Part shown: piece by piece, positions 27,640-40,070 of the stretch | Layout of the letters: each line of letters starts with the position of its first letter | How positions within the stretch are numbered: the stretch's first letter is position 1 | NCBI GenBank assembly: GCA_012295275.1 | Contig: CM022670.1 | Span: 19,220,001 to 19,284,000 of the forward strand | Origin: Chrysomallon squamiferum | Taxonomy: Eukaryota; Animalia; Mollusca | Direction of reading: 5' to 3' | Length of the DNA: 64,000 nt | The notes under the pieces: model-generated | Database searches by the model: none | The model's input: only the letters and a program-made list of their open reading frames with translations | Told to the model about the DNA's origin: nothing | Program-made: the position numbers and the translations under genes

Positions 27640-27684
27640 GAAACAAACATATAAAAAATTAAAAAATTATATTGACATACATAC

Positions 27685-27886
27685 CAGAATCTACATCAGT
27701 TGCACTGACATTGAGGACCAGGGTACCAATCTTGGCATCTTCCCACATCTCCTGGCTGTAGGACATAGGATCAAACACTGGGGTATTGTCATTAACATCC
27801 TTCACATTCATGTACACTGTCACAGAACTCGATCTCTGTGGACTGCCACCATCTTTAGCAACAACTTTGAGAGCATATAGCTGAAC
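27685..27886 (-). CDS. FAT4: Fat/FAT4-like cadherin, coding exon C (202 bp, phase 0 to 1): VQLYALKVVAKDGGSPQRSSSVTVYMNVKDVNDNTPVFDPMSYSQEMWEDAKIGTLVLNVSATDVDS(G)
   Basis: Absent from the ORF track; translated by hand. Acceptor ttattctag|GTT, donor TCT G|gtatgt. Motifs AxDxGxP, DVNDNxP and AxDxD are present. LDFEE|VQ...FDPMSYS resembles Drosophila Fat as recalled. Confidence 0.95.
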
Positions 27887-28011
27887 CTAGAATAATAATA
27901 ACAATAACAGTTTAAGCAGTATGCTTAAAAATGATATGAATGTTGGGTGTGAAAGTGGTTATAACCAGTATAATAACACATTTAAAAAGTATTATAAAAA
28001 TTGAATGTAGA

Positions 28012-28045
<34 letters not shown>

Positions 28046-28399
28046 GTCTTAATAGTTATAAAAGTAAATTTTAATGATGATGATATTATTATTATAAATA
28101 TTATAGAAGAAACCTTTGTAACTTAAATGTAAACTTATCAAAAAAAAAGTATCTATTCAGTTTGAGATGTATTTATCAGATAATATAAATAATGACAGAA
28201 ATGTGTAAAGAAACAAAAATTAAAATTTACTACAATAATTTGAACAAATTTAATGTCATTTTTTAATTTAAAATGATTATTTGGAGGCAACAATAAATGA
28301 TAACATGAAAAAGACCATACAAATATTTTTGATAAATAACAGTAATAAAGAAAAAAAAAAAAAAAAAACAAATAAATTGTTTTTCAAAGTCTTGGTAAA

Positions 28400-28805
28400 A
28401 ATCTTGTGGTAGACATTAATATACCTGAATATTTTACTGTCCATTATAATTTATTATCTGTATATTTATAAACAATTCCATAATCTACCAGAAACAACTG
28501 TCAAATTTATTAAAACAGAACAAGGTGCAAACCCTACATAAAAATGACTTTATAGACATGTCAACAGAAAATTATTTTGTAATTATATGAATTGAGCACC
28601 CCTTCAATTTCATAAGTGCTATCTGAGGATTTATAACTTATTGGTAGAGGTGTCATAAATTTAGCATTGGCTGATGAGTGTTTGCATTTGTTGTAAAACA
28701 CCAGACAAATTGTCGCCCTCAGAAGGGTTCTTCTTTAAAAGAGGTAACAAAATATATTGCATTTGTCACTTCAGTTTTAAACAAACACAATTTAACTGTC
28801 ACCAG
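28400..28805 (+). repeat. Old dispersed repeat, copy 2 (homologous to about 570-885)
   Basis: Same alignment as copy 1; core 28648-28755 matches 720-826. Confidence 0.8.
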
Positions 28806-29019
28806 TGGAGGTGACATTAAAAACTGATTGAATGGCATTCTGATTATAAACTGAGCATGTAAGGATGATTACAGAATTACACTGATAATAAACTAACATG
28901 GAAAGTACCCATGCCACAATTTTAATCAGATAATTCAGAAATTGTACACAAATTTTTTGTTGTTTTCATTCTGCACAACATCATGTCTGGGAGCATTATT
29001 TTTATCTTGTTATTAATGT

Positions 29020-29220
29020 TTGCTTGAGGTGCTGAGGGTCAAAGGACCAAATCCTATCAAATCGTAATCTTAATATTCCCCATTAAGTGAAGTGTTTTGC
29101 AAGTGGTTTACATGATGTTGTTGCATAAAGAACAAGGTATACAATATCATACCTTTTAAAGATAATCATGAATGTGGAAGATACAGCATATCTTGCTGTG
29201 AATTAAGCACATAAAATTGC
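29020..29220 (+). mobile_element. Heavily decayed SINE copy of the same family
   Basis: A tRNA-like head (gcttgaggtgctgagggtcaaaggaccaaatcc) is followed by catgatgttgttgcataaagaacaaggtatacaatatc...atatcttgctg, collinear with the recalled core and showing CpG-to-TpG/CpA changes. Confidence 0.4.
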
Positions 29221-30695
29221 TTAAAGCCAATCATGTAAGTGAAATTTAAGTAAGCCCCTGCTGCTAAATGAGAAACTAAAATAAAAAAAATTCATAGTGT
29301 ATAGCAATAAAGTCTAGTTGTGGCAATCATCACGTGTAAATGATCCTTGATTTCTAATTATGTAAGTGGTGTTACTGGTAAATGATCCAAACCCAAATGT
29401 GATATATTTTTATTTCTCTCTTTTTTTCTAAATTTAAACTGAAAGTGTTTTAAATAATATAACTTTACCTATCTAGTTACTACCAATCAAATGATATGTA
29501 AAGATATTAATTCTTTTATCCCCATCTATCCCATAAATAATAATACCAAGAAAATAAACTGTGCAATTTCTCACTTAACATAAATGAATAAATGAATATT
29601 TATTTAACATGATCCCTGCATATTTTATTATTAATCTTTTTAAGGTTTTTAATCTTTGAGTTATAGTGTTGTTATTTAATGAAAGTAGAAATTTGCACCA
29701 AACTATCAAGAAATTATTCTTTATGAACAAATAAATGTAAGAGTATTATATAATTATTATAATATATAAACATAAATGTTTATCACAGATAAAAAACCAA
29801 AATAAACAAAAGCAACATGAAGTCCTGGAAGGTACAAGAAATAACAGGCACAATGAGGAGAAATAATTCTAAGATTTATCACATCTCAGTTCTGCATTTA
29901 ACCACTGAACCAAAGCCAGCCAATTAAATGATTATGCTAAGTCCGTAAAAAAAAAAAAAAAGTTCATTTTTATCTTTTAGCATCTGAGTATATTTTATGT
30001 TGACATTTCCCTATATAAACTCAGTGAAATGACAATATGCATACATTGATAAGAACTGTCAACTATTTTGGACCCAATGTTTACTAGAGAGGTATATGTA
30101 TCTAAGAACCAAGAACTAATTGTTCTGTGCTATCTAAAATTGACTCCTGGCATTTTCAGAAAGGATTTCATGCCAAAAATCATTACCAGTGATTGTTGTG
30201 TTCCAGGAATGTATCTTATATAAGACAAATTAAGGTACTGTTAATGACAGAACACAGTGCTGCATAAGTCAATTACATTAACATTGTACTGATGTGCATG
30301 TATATTTCATAGGTGGCCTTGTATTTCTGTTTATCTGGAAAAGTAATTTATATTTTATTGTGTTTGAACAGATGAAAGAGGAAAAACACAAAATGAGAAA
30401 GAAGAAAGTTAGATATGTGGTAAAAGTATATATATGATCAGGAGAGAAAAAAAAAAAAAAAAAAGAAAAGAGGAGAGAGAGAAAGAGATAGCAAGAAAGA
30501 GAGATGAGAGAGAGAAAGAAGAAAAGAAAATTGAGAAAAACAGACTGGTAAATATGAAGAAAACATGGGACCAATAACATAATTCTAACATAATATAATC
30601 AAATAAATATATAATTTAAAAAACTCCAATAATGCTTTCTTGTTTATTTTCATTAAATAAATAAATAAAATAAAAAATAATATGAAAATCCTCAC

Positions 30696-31039
30696 CTCTT
30701 CAAAGTCGAGCTGACTGATCAAGGTGAAAGTGCCAAGTGTAGCTTCCAACTGAAACTTGTCTTTTCCCCAATCAGATTCCAGCTCATAGGTCACCTGACC
30801 ATTTGAATCTTCATCATCATCACTAGCACTAATCTGAGCAACAGTGGTGCCTATGTTAGTGTCTTCGGGAATGTCAAAAGAATACATGGACCGAGTGAAT
30901 TTAGGGTCATTGTCATTTTCATCAGTGACAGAGATATCCAAAGTGGACTTTGTTGTGTGGATTCCATCTGATGCTTGTGCCTCAAATAAATATGATGATC
31001 TTCTTTTTCTGCTTAGCTGTTTCTGGGTTTTAATTGTGC
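30696..31039 (-). CDS. FAT4: Fat/FAT4-like cadherin, coding exon B (344 bp, phase 1 to 0): GTIKTQKQLSRKRRSSYLFEAQASDG...DENDNDPKFTRSMYSFDIPEDT...SDWGKDKFQLEATLGTFTLISQLDFEE
   Basis: Acceptor ttttaaag|GC completes Gly with exon A; donor GAG|gtgagg. PKFxRxxYSFDIPEDT and SDW..D.F.L...G..TL...LD(F/Y)EE match my recollection of human FAT4 and Drosophila Fat. Confidence 0.95.
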
Positions 31040-31587
31040 CTTTAAAATCAAATTTGAAAATAATAAAACTGGTGACGAATTTTGATATGATATATTTTTA
31101 TTTCAACCTTTTAAAATTCACATTTCTTTTCAATCTGATTACAATTTTTATTTTTATAACTTCATCTTCTTTTAATTTTTTATTTCATTGTACTATTTAT
31201 TTTATATATATTTTTAATTCTAATTTGTTTATTTATTACTCTTTTAATTTCAATTTTGGTTTCATTTCCTTTGCTTTTTATTTTTATTTAATAATATTTT
31301 GTATTACTTTTTTCTATTTCATTTCACAAAATCTTAGAATTTATCTGTACACTTTAATTTCCTGTTTTAAATTTAAATTACTTTATTTTTAAAACATCCT
31401 TGATTTGATTTGATTTTATCTTTCTATTTTGATTTCCTCTTTTATACTTTTTTTTTCATTCCATTTTATTTTTATTATTATTATTATTATTATTATTACT
31501 AATATTATTATGCCTTTATTATTATTAATTTTTTTTTTTATATCTCACTTCATTTTATTTGGTTTTGCATTACTATGTCACTCTTAC

Positions 31588-31783
31588 CATCTTTTGATAC
31601 TGAAAAATCTTCAGATCCTTCTCCTGACAGCCAAATCTGGACTGAACCAGTTTTATCTGGATCATACACATCCACGGCAAAAACACTCAATCCAGGCTGC
31701 TTGTTTTCTGGAACTGTCTTGCTGTAGAAACTGCTGACAAACTTTGGTGGAGTGTCATTCTCATCTAAGAGTGTTATTCTAAC
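31588..31783 (-). CDS. FAT4: Fat/FAT4-like cadherin, coding exon A (196 bp, phase 0 to 1): VRITLLDENDTPPKFVSSFYSKTVPENKQPGLSVFAVDVYDPDKTGSVQIWLSGEGSEDFSVSKD(G)
   Basis: Acceptor tttttcag|GTT and donor GAT G|gtaagag on the minus strand. Cadherin motifs DENDxxP, PEN and DxD are present. Lies within ORF 31550..31816. Confidence 0.93.
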
Positions 31784-32093
31784 CTGAAAAATACAATAGA
31801 AACCTTTAATATGCATTCAAAAAAATTCTGTTTTGTGAATTATAATAAAAATAATTATAAAATTTCAAAAAATGAATGACTGTTCATAAAAAAAAAAAAA
31901 AAATCAGTGCGGCATATTTTTATTTCCAACATAAAACTTCTTTTTTTTTTCGGTAATAAAGTGACAGTATGTAAAGTGACAATATTACTATCAGTCTATA
32001 AGCTGTTCTTGCTGTGGATAATTTATATCATGCTTTGTTCAGAGATTTCAAACATCCTAGGTACATTAAAATTTTGCCCCAGACAGGATAATT

Positions 32094-32190
32094 GATAAGC
32101 AGTAAGGAATATTTTTTATGCACTTTGTCACAATGATTAAAACTTAAACCATGATTTTTGGTACAACAGGTGTGTGACACTGGATCGGTT
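32094..32190 (-). mobile_element. Decayed SINE core, minus orientation
   Basis: Reverse complement reads ccagtgtcacacacctgttgtaccaaaaatcatggtt...gtgacaaagtgcataaaaaatattccttactgcttatc, the best match in the window to the recalled core. Confidence 0.55.
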
Positions 32191-34752
32191 AAAGTTGCCT
32201 GTTAAGTTAAATGTTTTTATATCACAATAATAACGCACATCAATAAACAATATTTTATTAACAATTAGCATCTCCACAAATTAATGGTTAAATAGTGATG
32301 TAGCATATTAGCAATTCTATGAATTTGTTTAATGGTTAATGCTGTTGTGTGATGAAATTCAAGGATTTTTTTCAGTATGTTACATACAGGTATTTTGATA
32401 ATATTCAAATTTGGTACATTTTGGTACATTTTGGTACATTTTTTGTTGTTGTTTGTTGTTTCTTATGTTTTTTTGAGGCTGCAACATTGTTACAGCGTAA
32501 ATAATGCTTTTGAAATTATTTCAGAAAAACAAATTGTTTTAAACAACTACTTAGCTATATATAGTACAGTTGAAAAAAAAATCAATATAAATGCAACAAA
32601 TTAAAGGGCTGTTTAAATATAATTAAATGTAATGAAATATTAAATACAGTAAAATAACAATGTGAAATAAAACTGTTCAAGTTACTTATTAGTAAAGGCA
32701 CAGGTGCAGTAAGAACAACTTTGAAGGAAATTCAATATGTCTCAAGTTCATTTTATAACATATATAGCACCATTAAATAGAAGGGAATACAATTAAATTA
32801 AAATAAAATAAAAACAAAACTTTAAAAAAAATGTCACTTCTTTTCAGGTTAAAAATAATATTGTTAAAAAACACTTCAAGCCCATTATGTTAACAAAAAC
32901 AGACAGGTGATAAAATGCAATTTTCATTGGATTTAATATAACCTGCACTTGATACCTTGCTAAATAATTTTCTCTAATAATGTAATACAAAGAGAAAATA
33001 ATAAATTAATTAAAATTAAAATAAATCAAATAGAAAGTAAGAAAAAAATAAAAGTAAATAAATAATAAAATAAAAATAAATATTAATGAAATTTTTTAAA
33101 TCCACAAATTATAAATATTTATGTATGTATGTATGTATGTATGTATGTATGTTAATTCATTTTTTTTAAGTTTCATTTTCTGTTTATAAAAAAGCCTTAA
33201 AACAGCAGTCAAATTTTACTTGTGTTTTTTTTTTTAGTTTTCCACAAACATGATATGGAAACTTTAGAGGACTGGCCAATAAGAAAATTATCTTCTGCCA
33301 AATAGAGCAACTGTTTTTGAGAAAACGTGGCATAGCTTGGCTTGTGAAAGGATTACATGTTCACCTTGCTGGAAGGAGGTCATGAGAAAAGCCTTGATGA
33401 GGTGTCTACAGTATACCTAACACAACAAAGAGGAGTGTAACAAGACCTTGATTTAGCAGATTAGTCTTGTATACTTTCATTGTTTAGACTCCAACAGGTA
33501 AGAAAGGATATACGTAGTTGAGATGTAGTGAGAAGAAATGAATGTGTTTACTCACAGAGACAGGAATGGAGAGAAGAAGAAAAAGGGACAGAAAGCATGA
33601 AGTAGAGAAAAATAGCAATGCAAAAAAAATAAAAAATAAAAAATAAAAATAAAAATTATAATATATATATAAAAATGTAATAATAATAATAAATAAATAA
33701 AAATAAAGAATAAATAGAAAAATATGTTGCTTTCAGTAAAACATTCAGTTTCATATTATATTAAAAAAGAGTATTAAACAGAATCAATATGTATATATAT
33801 TTTTTAATAATTCTGCAGTAAAATGTAAAAATCTTATTCAATGTCATCAATATGAATACTGGTGAATATTAATTTATATGAACTGGGACTGAAACACCTC
33901 AGTCCAAAACTGATTATGACTGTTCAACATGCAAAAAATCAGAAAAAAAAAAATCCTAAACGTATAATATATAGTGGTACAATTTTAATGAACATATTAA
34001 TTTTAAAAAGATTCCTTGTACAGCTATCATGGAGTAATACTTGACTCATTTTTGAACAGCTCCTTTAATTTGTAAATATATAAGGATGGAAGAAAATCTA
34101 ATCAGAAAAGCCAGAATGATGCTGTAACAAAATGATCTGCAGTGTCATATGTAACAACAATAGTGCAAGCAAGGAAAACCATTGCCACTGGTAAATAATA
34201 AGGCGTGTGGGAATTAATGCATTTTTGATAGCTATTTTCCAAGACCCCACGCTGTTCCCCCTGGTAGATGATTTTAGCAGAAATGACTGCCATACACTGT
34301 ACAAACCATATCACAGTGGGGATTACCCTCTGATGTACAGATCAATACTTTATATACACCAGACAGACGGTTTTTTTTTATTTCTGAATAATAACAAAAC
34401 CATAAAAAGTCCATGAAACTGAATAACCCGACCATGAATGGAAATGAAAATAAAAACTTTTTATATTTTTAATGAAATTCTAGGGTTTATTTGTTTTACT
34501 ATAATCTTGATTTAATCATAAAATTAACATTGTGATCATCATGACTAAAATGAAGAATGAATAAGTTGTATATTTTAAAGATTTTGTTAGATGAATATAA
34601 TTTATTATTATTTCATAATATTCAAGATGATAACAAACCAAAAAGATTCATTCAAATAAGCCTGAGGAATAGTAATGATTTAAATATTTAATATAAATGT
34701 ATAATGTATGATTTATTATGAATGTAAAGCAAATATAGATTTTAAAAAAAAG

Positions 34753-34796
<44 letters not shown>

Positions 34797-36544
34797 GCAA
34801 TCATTGTTTTCATTGAAGAACATTCCCAATATGAATTTGTTTTCATCTCTTAATTCCTGTTTGATTTTACACATCACAGTGTTTATTAATAATCAAAACA
34901 GATTCACTGGCAAAAGTGTAAATTTTCACCTTTGTCATAAATAATATTAATATCACTCCAAAAATAACACATAAATTGATTCTTTATTGTCAAATTAAAT
35001 ATTATTGAAAGCACAAAAACTTTTAACCTTGAACACCAGGTTGCAAAATGTAATATGAAATTTCTCCATAAAAAGTTTGATAGAAGTGTTTAATATTCTC
35101 AAGCTTTTTTAAGTCAACATATTGTAATCTCTACTTTTTGTTTAAATCATATAAAATAAATAAGTAAATAAGTAAATAAATAAATAAATAAATAAATAAT
35201 AATAAATAATAATTATAATAACAATAGTAATGATAATAATAATAATTTTATTTTGTTAAGTATAATAAATAAAAAGAAATGTATACCTTAAGAATTTGAC
35301 AACAATAAAACAAAAACAATAATTCATTTTGCTAAATGTTATGCTTTAATTATAAACAACCAAAACCAGACAATAAATCATTTCTGTAAACTTTTCCAAA
35401 CCTTGGATTTGTTTTCCCCCATTGTTTTTCTGACTCATATTAACAAATTACCCATCAGAAGACCTACATACAACAACTCAACATCAGCCTCTAACATACT
35501 CAATCATTTCAAACTGTGCCAGCTCATCTTAGCAACACAGTGAAACACATCTTCACCAAGAGGCTTTTGCTTAATGGCCTCTTCAAAAGAAAGTGCGGAG
35601 AGAAACAGGTGTAAAAGTAATCTGCTGTCTATATTTTGACTCCCACAATTATCTGCTGACAAAAGTTTTCAGCAAGCAGGGAATGATTTCTCAGCTTACA
35701 CTGGAGCTATGTGTCACAAAACAGTGAAAGTGGCCACCTCTGTTTGAAATCACTGATGAAACAAAACTCTGTGAGAATCTGAGAGAAAAACAGACTATTA
35801 ATATCACCTTTTGGCATAGTGATTAAGATACTGGCTTTAAGACTGCTTCTGTCAAAAGTTTATTAGGCAATTATAACTTTCTTTTCTCTCAAAATCTTTT
35901 TTCAATAGACAAATAAAACTTTTGAAATGTCTGACCAAGACTAAATTTAAACACATTTTCAAATGGTCAAAAAAGAATGATACACTACCATTAATTCTAT
36001 GAACACATTAAACTAAAAGATTTTGAGTGAATTACCACGGCACTGTGCTTGAACCATCAATACCCACTTCAAATGGTTACTTGATATTTCAAAACTGACA
36101 CTGCCTTTTGCTAGGAGATGCTGGTATAAAACAGTTGTTTCAATCTTTAATTGAAGTTTAATCAGGTGGATCTATTATAACATAAGGCTAGTATACTAGC
36201 AGATCTTCAGCAATCAAGCAATGCTCTTGGATTAGGAGCCCATGACTGATGTGGATGTATATCCAGTGGATTTAACCATGTTGATTATTTGATATGAGAA
36301 TAATGTAATAACTTTTTATTTTTATAAAGAAGTAATGCATCATGTTGGAGAATGTGAATCTTTTTTTTTATAAATATCATTAACAAGACTGCATTCAACA
36401 TTGAAATGAATGTTTTAACAGATTTAAAATAAATTTTAATACTCTAGGACCTTTTGCTAAACATATGTTTGTTTGAATGAAATGTATTCTTTGAACAGAA
36501 TAATAATTTAACAATCATTATTCAGGTTTCTAATTCTAGCTAAT

Positions 36545-36850
36545 GTTATTTTCTTAGCATATCTATGTCACTTTAAATTTTCTTAACAAAACAAGCAAAC
36601 CACTTCAGTAAATTTAAATTTCAAATACAGCTGTAACACTGTTTTAAACAGGCTGAGACAGCTTTTATTTTGTTATAAAACTTGAAATTTGAAATTACTG
36701 ACCAATTTTATTGCCATTTTCTAAGTGCATCTATGTTACTTTAAATATACTTTTGGGAAGAATCAAACCACATTATAATTAATTTCAATTTCAAATAAAG
36801 TTACCACATTATTTTATGTAGCTTTTATTACATCATTAAACTAGAATCTC
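36545..36850. repeat. Diverged tandem duplication, 168-bp offset
   Basis: atctatgt.actttaaat at 36561 and 36729; caaaccac..aattt.aatttcaaata.ag and agcttttatt in both copies. Confidence 0.8.
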
Positions 36851-39629
36851 ATACATTTTTCTTTTTTTTTTTTTTCTTTTTTTTATAACACTTTTATTTC
36901 CTAACAAGTTAAAACAATTTTAATAAAGGATTTAAAAAAAGTTATAAATTGTTTTTGTTTCTTTTTCTTCATTTTTACTCTCTTTTTTTTTTTAAATAAC
37001 AAACAAATCAATGGAAAATTTATTATTATTAATATCAAAAACACACTATTTGTAAACAGTCTAGTCTTTTCCACCTATAATTTAAAATATAGTGTAAACA
37101 CATTGAAGTTTTCTCCCAGTCTAGTTATCATGCCACATACTTATCACAGGTATCTGTCTGTAATAAGTGGTCCAAGAACCCATCACTCCATTTGAGTCTC
37201 AAACTCAAATAATATATGATCATATAGCTTTCCTCACACTGCAATGTGCCTGTCAATGGCTTGTCAAAGTGGCCAGGAAAACAAGATGTTTCTTAAGTGG
37301 TCTGTAAATACATGCTACCAGGCTGGAAGCCACTGTTAAGTCTTTTTCAGTTCATGATTGAAGAGAAAATATGATATCCATATGTGAGAGACCATCTAAC
37401 ACCCATACAAGCATTATCAGATTCATCTTGTTTAAATCAACATGATCACTTCAGTGTTAAGTTCTTATATAAACTGTGGTAAAGAAGATAGCATCCATAG
37501 GAAGTGGGTTTCAAAGACTAAGGTAAAAATGGCTAAGTTTTTAAAGATCTGAGAGCAGTCTACATTTTTGGGTTGGTTTATTTTAGTTTTATTTATATAT
37601 TATTTTAATTTATATTATTTTATTTTATTTTGATTATGATATTTTGAATGTTATAGAGAATATTAAATAAAAAGACCAGACATTAGCAAACATTTTATTT
37701 TGAAATCTTAAATTTACACATAAATATGGTGTTAAAAATTTAAATCTGAATTTAAAATTCAAATCTTAATACCCTCTCATAATGTATTTATAGCTGGAAC
37801 TGTAGTTGTAGTTTTAGTTTACAGTATCCACAAATTTACATTACTCAGTCAACAAACTTGTTTAAAGTCCATTTGCTTGGTGTTAAGAAAAACATTTTCC
37901 ATTAAAAATTAAAAGAAATTAAACATTTTCCAAGGGGGGAAAAGTTGTACATTTCTTTCTTAAACACTTTTTTTTTCTTTCTTCTTTTAAATAATAAAAT
38001 AAACTCACTTAAGGTCCCTTCAGAACATAGTGAGATTAAAATTTAGAAACCTGTCACTGAAGATATCCAAGGGGATTTAAATAATGTTTTCAGTATTTAG
38101 AGAAAAAACAAATGAAAAAGCATCAAGGGGACACTGAATGTCTTTGAAATTAATTTACAGAAACTGTAATGTCTTTGAAAATTGCAAACTACAACAAACC
38201 ATGGTAACAGATTAAAGATGTGAAGACAAAGAGACACATATGTTTTATTTTAACTTTCTTTTTATATTAGAATGTGGACATTTTATAAAGATATAAAGTA
38301 TGTAACAAAACAAACTTTAACACACACAGGAAAAAGAAATTTTGAAAGTAGTGATAGACTAAAAATAAACAACAAAATGCCCTCTTTCTGAATCATTTTC
38401 CTACATTCAAACACAAAATACAAATACTCAAAAAAATTCAAATTTAGTATAGAATAAAACTGAATACAGTACAATAAAATTAAAATAAATAAAGATACCC
38501 AAACAAATGATAACCCTAACACAAAAATACCTAACCTCTGTGAACGGAATTGTTAAAATAAGCATTCAGCAAATATTCACATGACACTCTTTTCTGTTCA
38601 ATGTAATTATTTTTATCAAAAGCTGGAGATAAAAACACAGTAAAAAGTCCATTCTCAGGCAATATATTAGCATTGTAGTCAGACTCGGACAGAGCCGAAA
38701 GTAACAAGGAGTAGATAACTGGGGCATACCATTTTACCACCAAGGAAAAGCAATAAAACAGCATATAATGTGTAAAAGAGGAGTGATTAGATAAGCGTAA
38801 CAGTGCTAATGGTGTGTTAAGGGGCAGGCGGACCGGGAAATAATGAGTTTGTGAATGAACTTTGCAGGGATAATTAAAACAAACACCAGAGAAAACATGT
38901 ACAAAGGATATGATATGCCAGTGTGATGTTGTTTATCATTTGTTCTACATTCAAAAATTAGGTAATAAATAAAAGATAAACTACATATGCAGTGTTTTAA
39001 GTATAATTAAACAGACATTTTATCTTGTGTTTGTAAGTTTATTAAATTCATTTGTTTTTGCATGCTTTAAAATTAGGACTGTAAATATTAATTAAAGATA
39101 ATATAAGCCATACATCTTTTTTTTAATTATTTAAATTTATAAATATTTAGAGAAATTTAATAGAAAATAAAATAATTTCTAAAAGCAATGAAATCTAAAA
39201 AATTAGATTGTAATATATATTTATATAAAGAAGAAAACAGAAAACAGAAAAGAAAAAGAGAATATACATGTGTGTGTGTTATGCATAAATGAATAAAGTA
39301 AAGTTAGATTAACATAAACACCAGTCACATGCTAATTATCTAGCAAATATAGTCAGTCATTCATTAAATATTTAAAAACAGACACAGTCTGTGATAGAAA
39401 ATATTACTACTTTTACTGGCCACTTTCCAAAATTCAGTTTCCCTTTACAATATATTATTATTCTTGGTGGCACTAATAACCACCCCACAGGGCTATAGCT
39501 TACCTCTGTGATTTCAATACCTCTACAGCTTTATTTGAATTTATATTATTACTCTGCATTCAGTACAGGAACACACAAGATGTCCTTTTATTGTCATATC
39601 ATGGAGCCTCTGCTTAATGTGAACAATCA

Positions 39630-40070
39630 CTTTATGACAAACAGAAAATATTTATTTTCAGTCTAATTAACATGTCTGTAAGTACTACATTCAAAATTAC
39701 CAATAAAAATGGAAAATAAGTAATATATAGAGATATTATGATGTAACTGCTGCGTGACAAAGATCTTGTTAATGTGTCAAAGTAAATAATTTTATTTATT
39801 TTCAGTTTGATTAATACATCATTCCATAACTATGTTCAAAATTACCAATAAAAGCAGCTTCATGTAAAATATATATTGTATCTGCTAAACATCAAGTTTG
39901 GTTGACAAAGTATTAATGTAAATATTTTTATTTATTTTCAGTCTGATTAATCTCAGTCCATAGTACATTCAAAATTACCATTAAAAATGTAAAATAAATA
40001 TTATATATTTAAGTTGTAATGAATTGCTCTTTGTCAAGGTCACTGGGTTATGTATCAAGGCAAATAGAAA
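39630..40070. repeat. Tandem triplication, 133-145 bp units
   Basis: atttattttcagt.t.attaa...ttcaaaattacca with the latter at 39690, 39835 and 39968. Confidence 0.9.

Larger units (their letters stand above)
6836..27684 (-). other. 20,849-bp phase-1 intron between exons C and D
   Basis: GT at 27684-27683 and AG at 6837-6836. The protein reads seamlessly across the junction (SATDVDSG|INSDIQY), so no constitutive exon is missing. Confidence 0.9.

Noticed and set aside
30844-31392. 182-aa plus-strand ORF
   Set aside because: Antisense shadow of exon B running into T-rich low-complexity intron (F/I/Y/L-rich); no protein-like features.
5463-31783. Clustered protocadherin-style array of variable exons
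   Set aside because: The five exons join into one continuous Fat-type repeat series; no parallel intact alternative exons were found.
36200-36290. Possible inverted tRNA-like head of another SINE
   Set aside because: Similarity too weak to support by eye.
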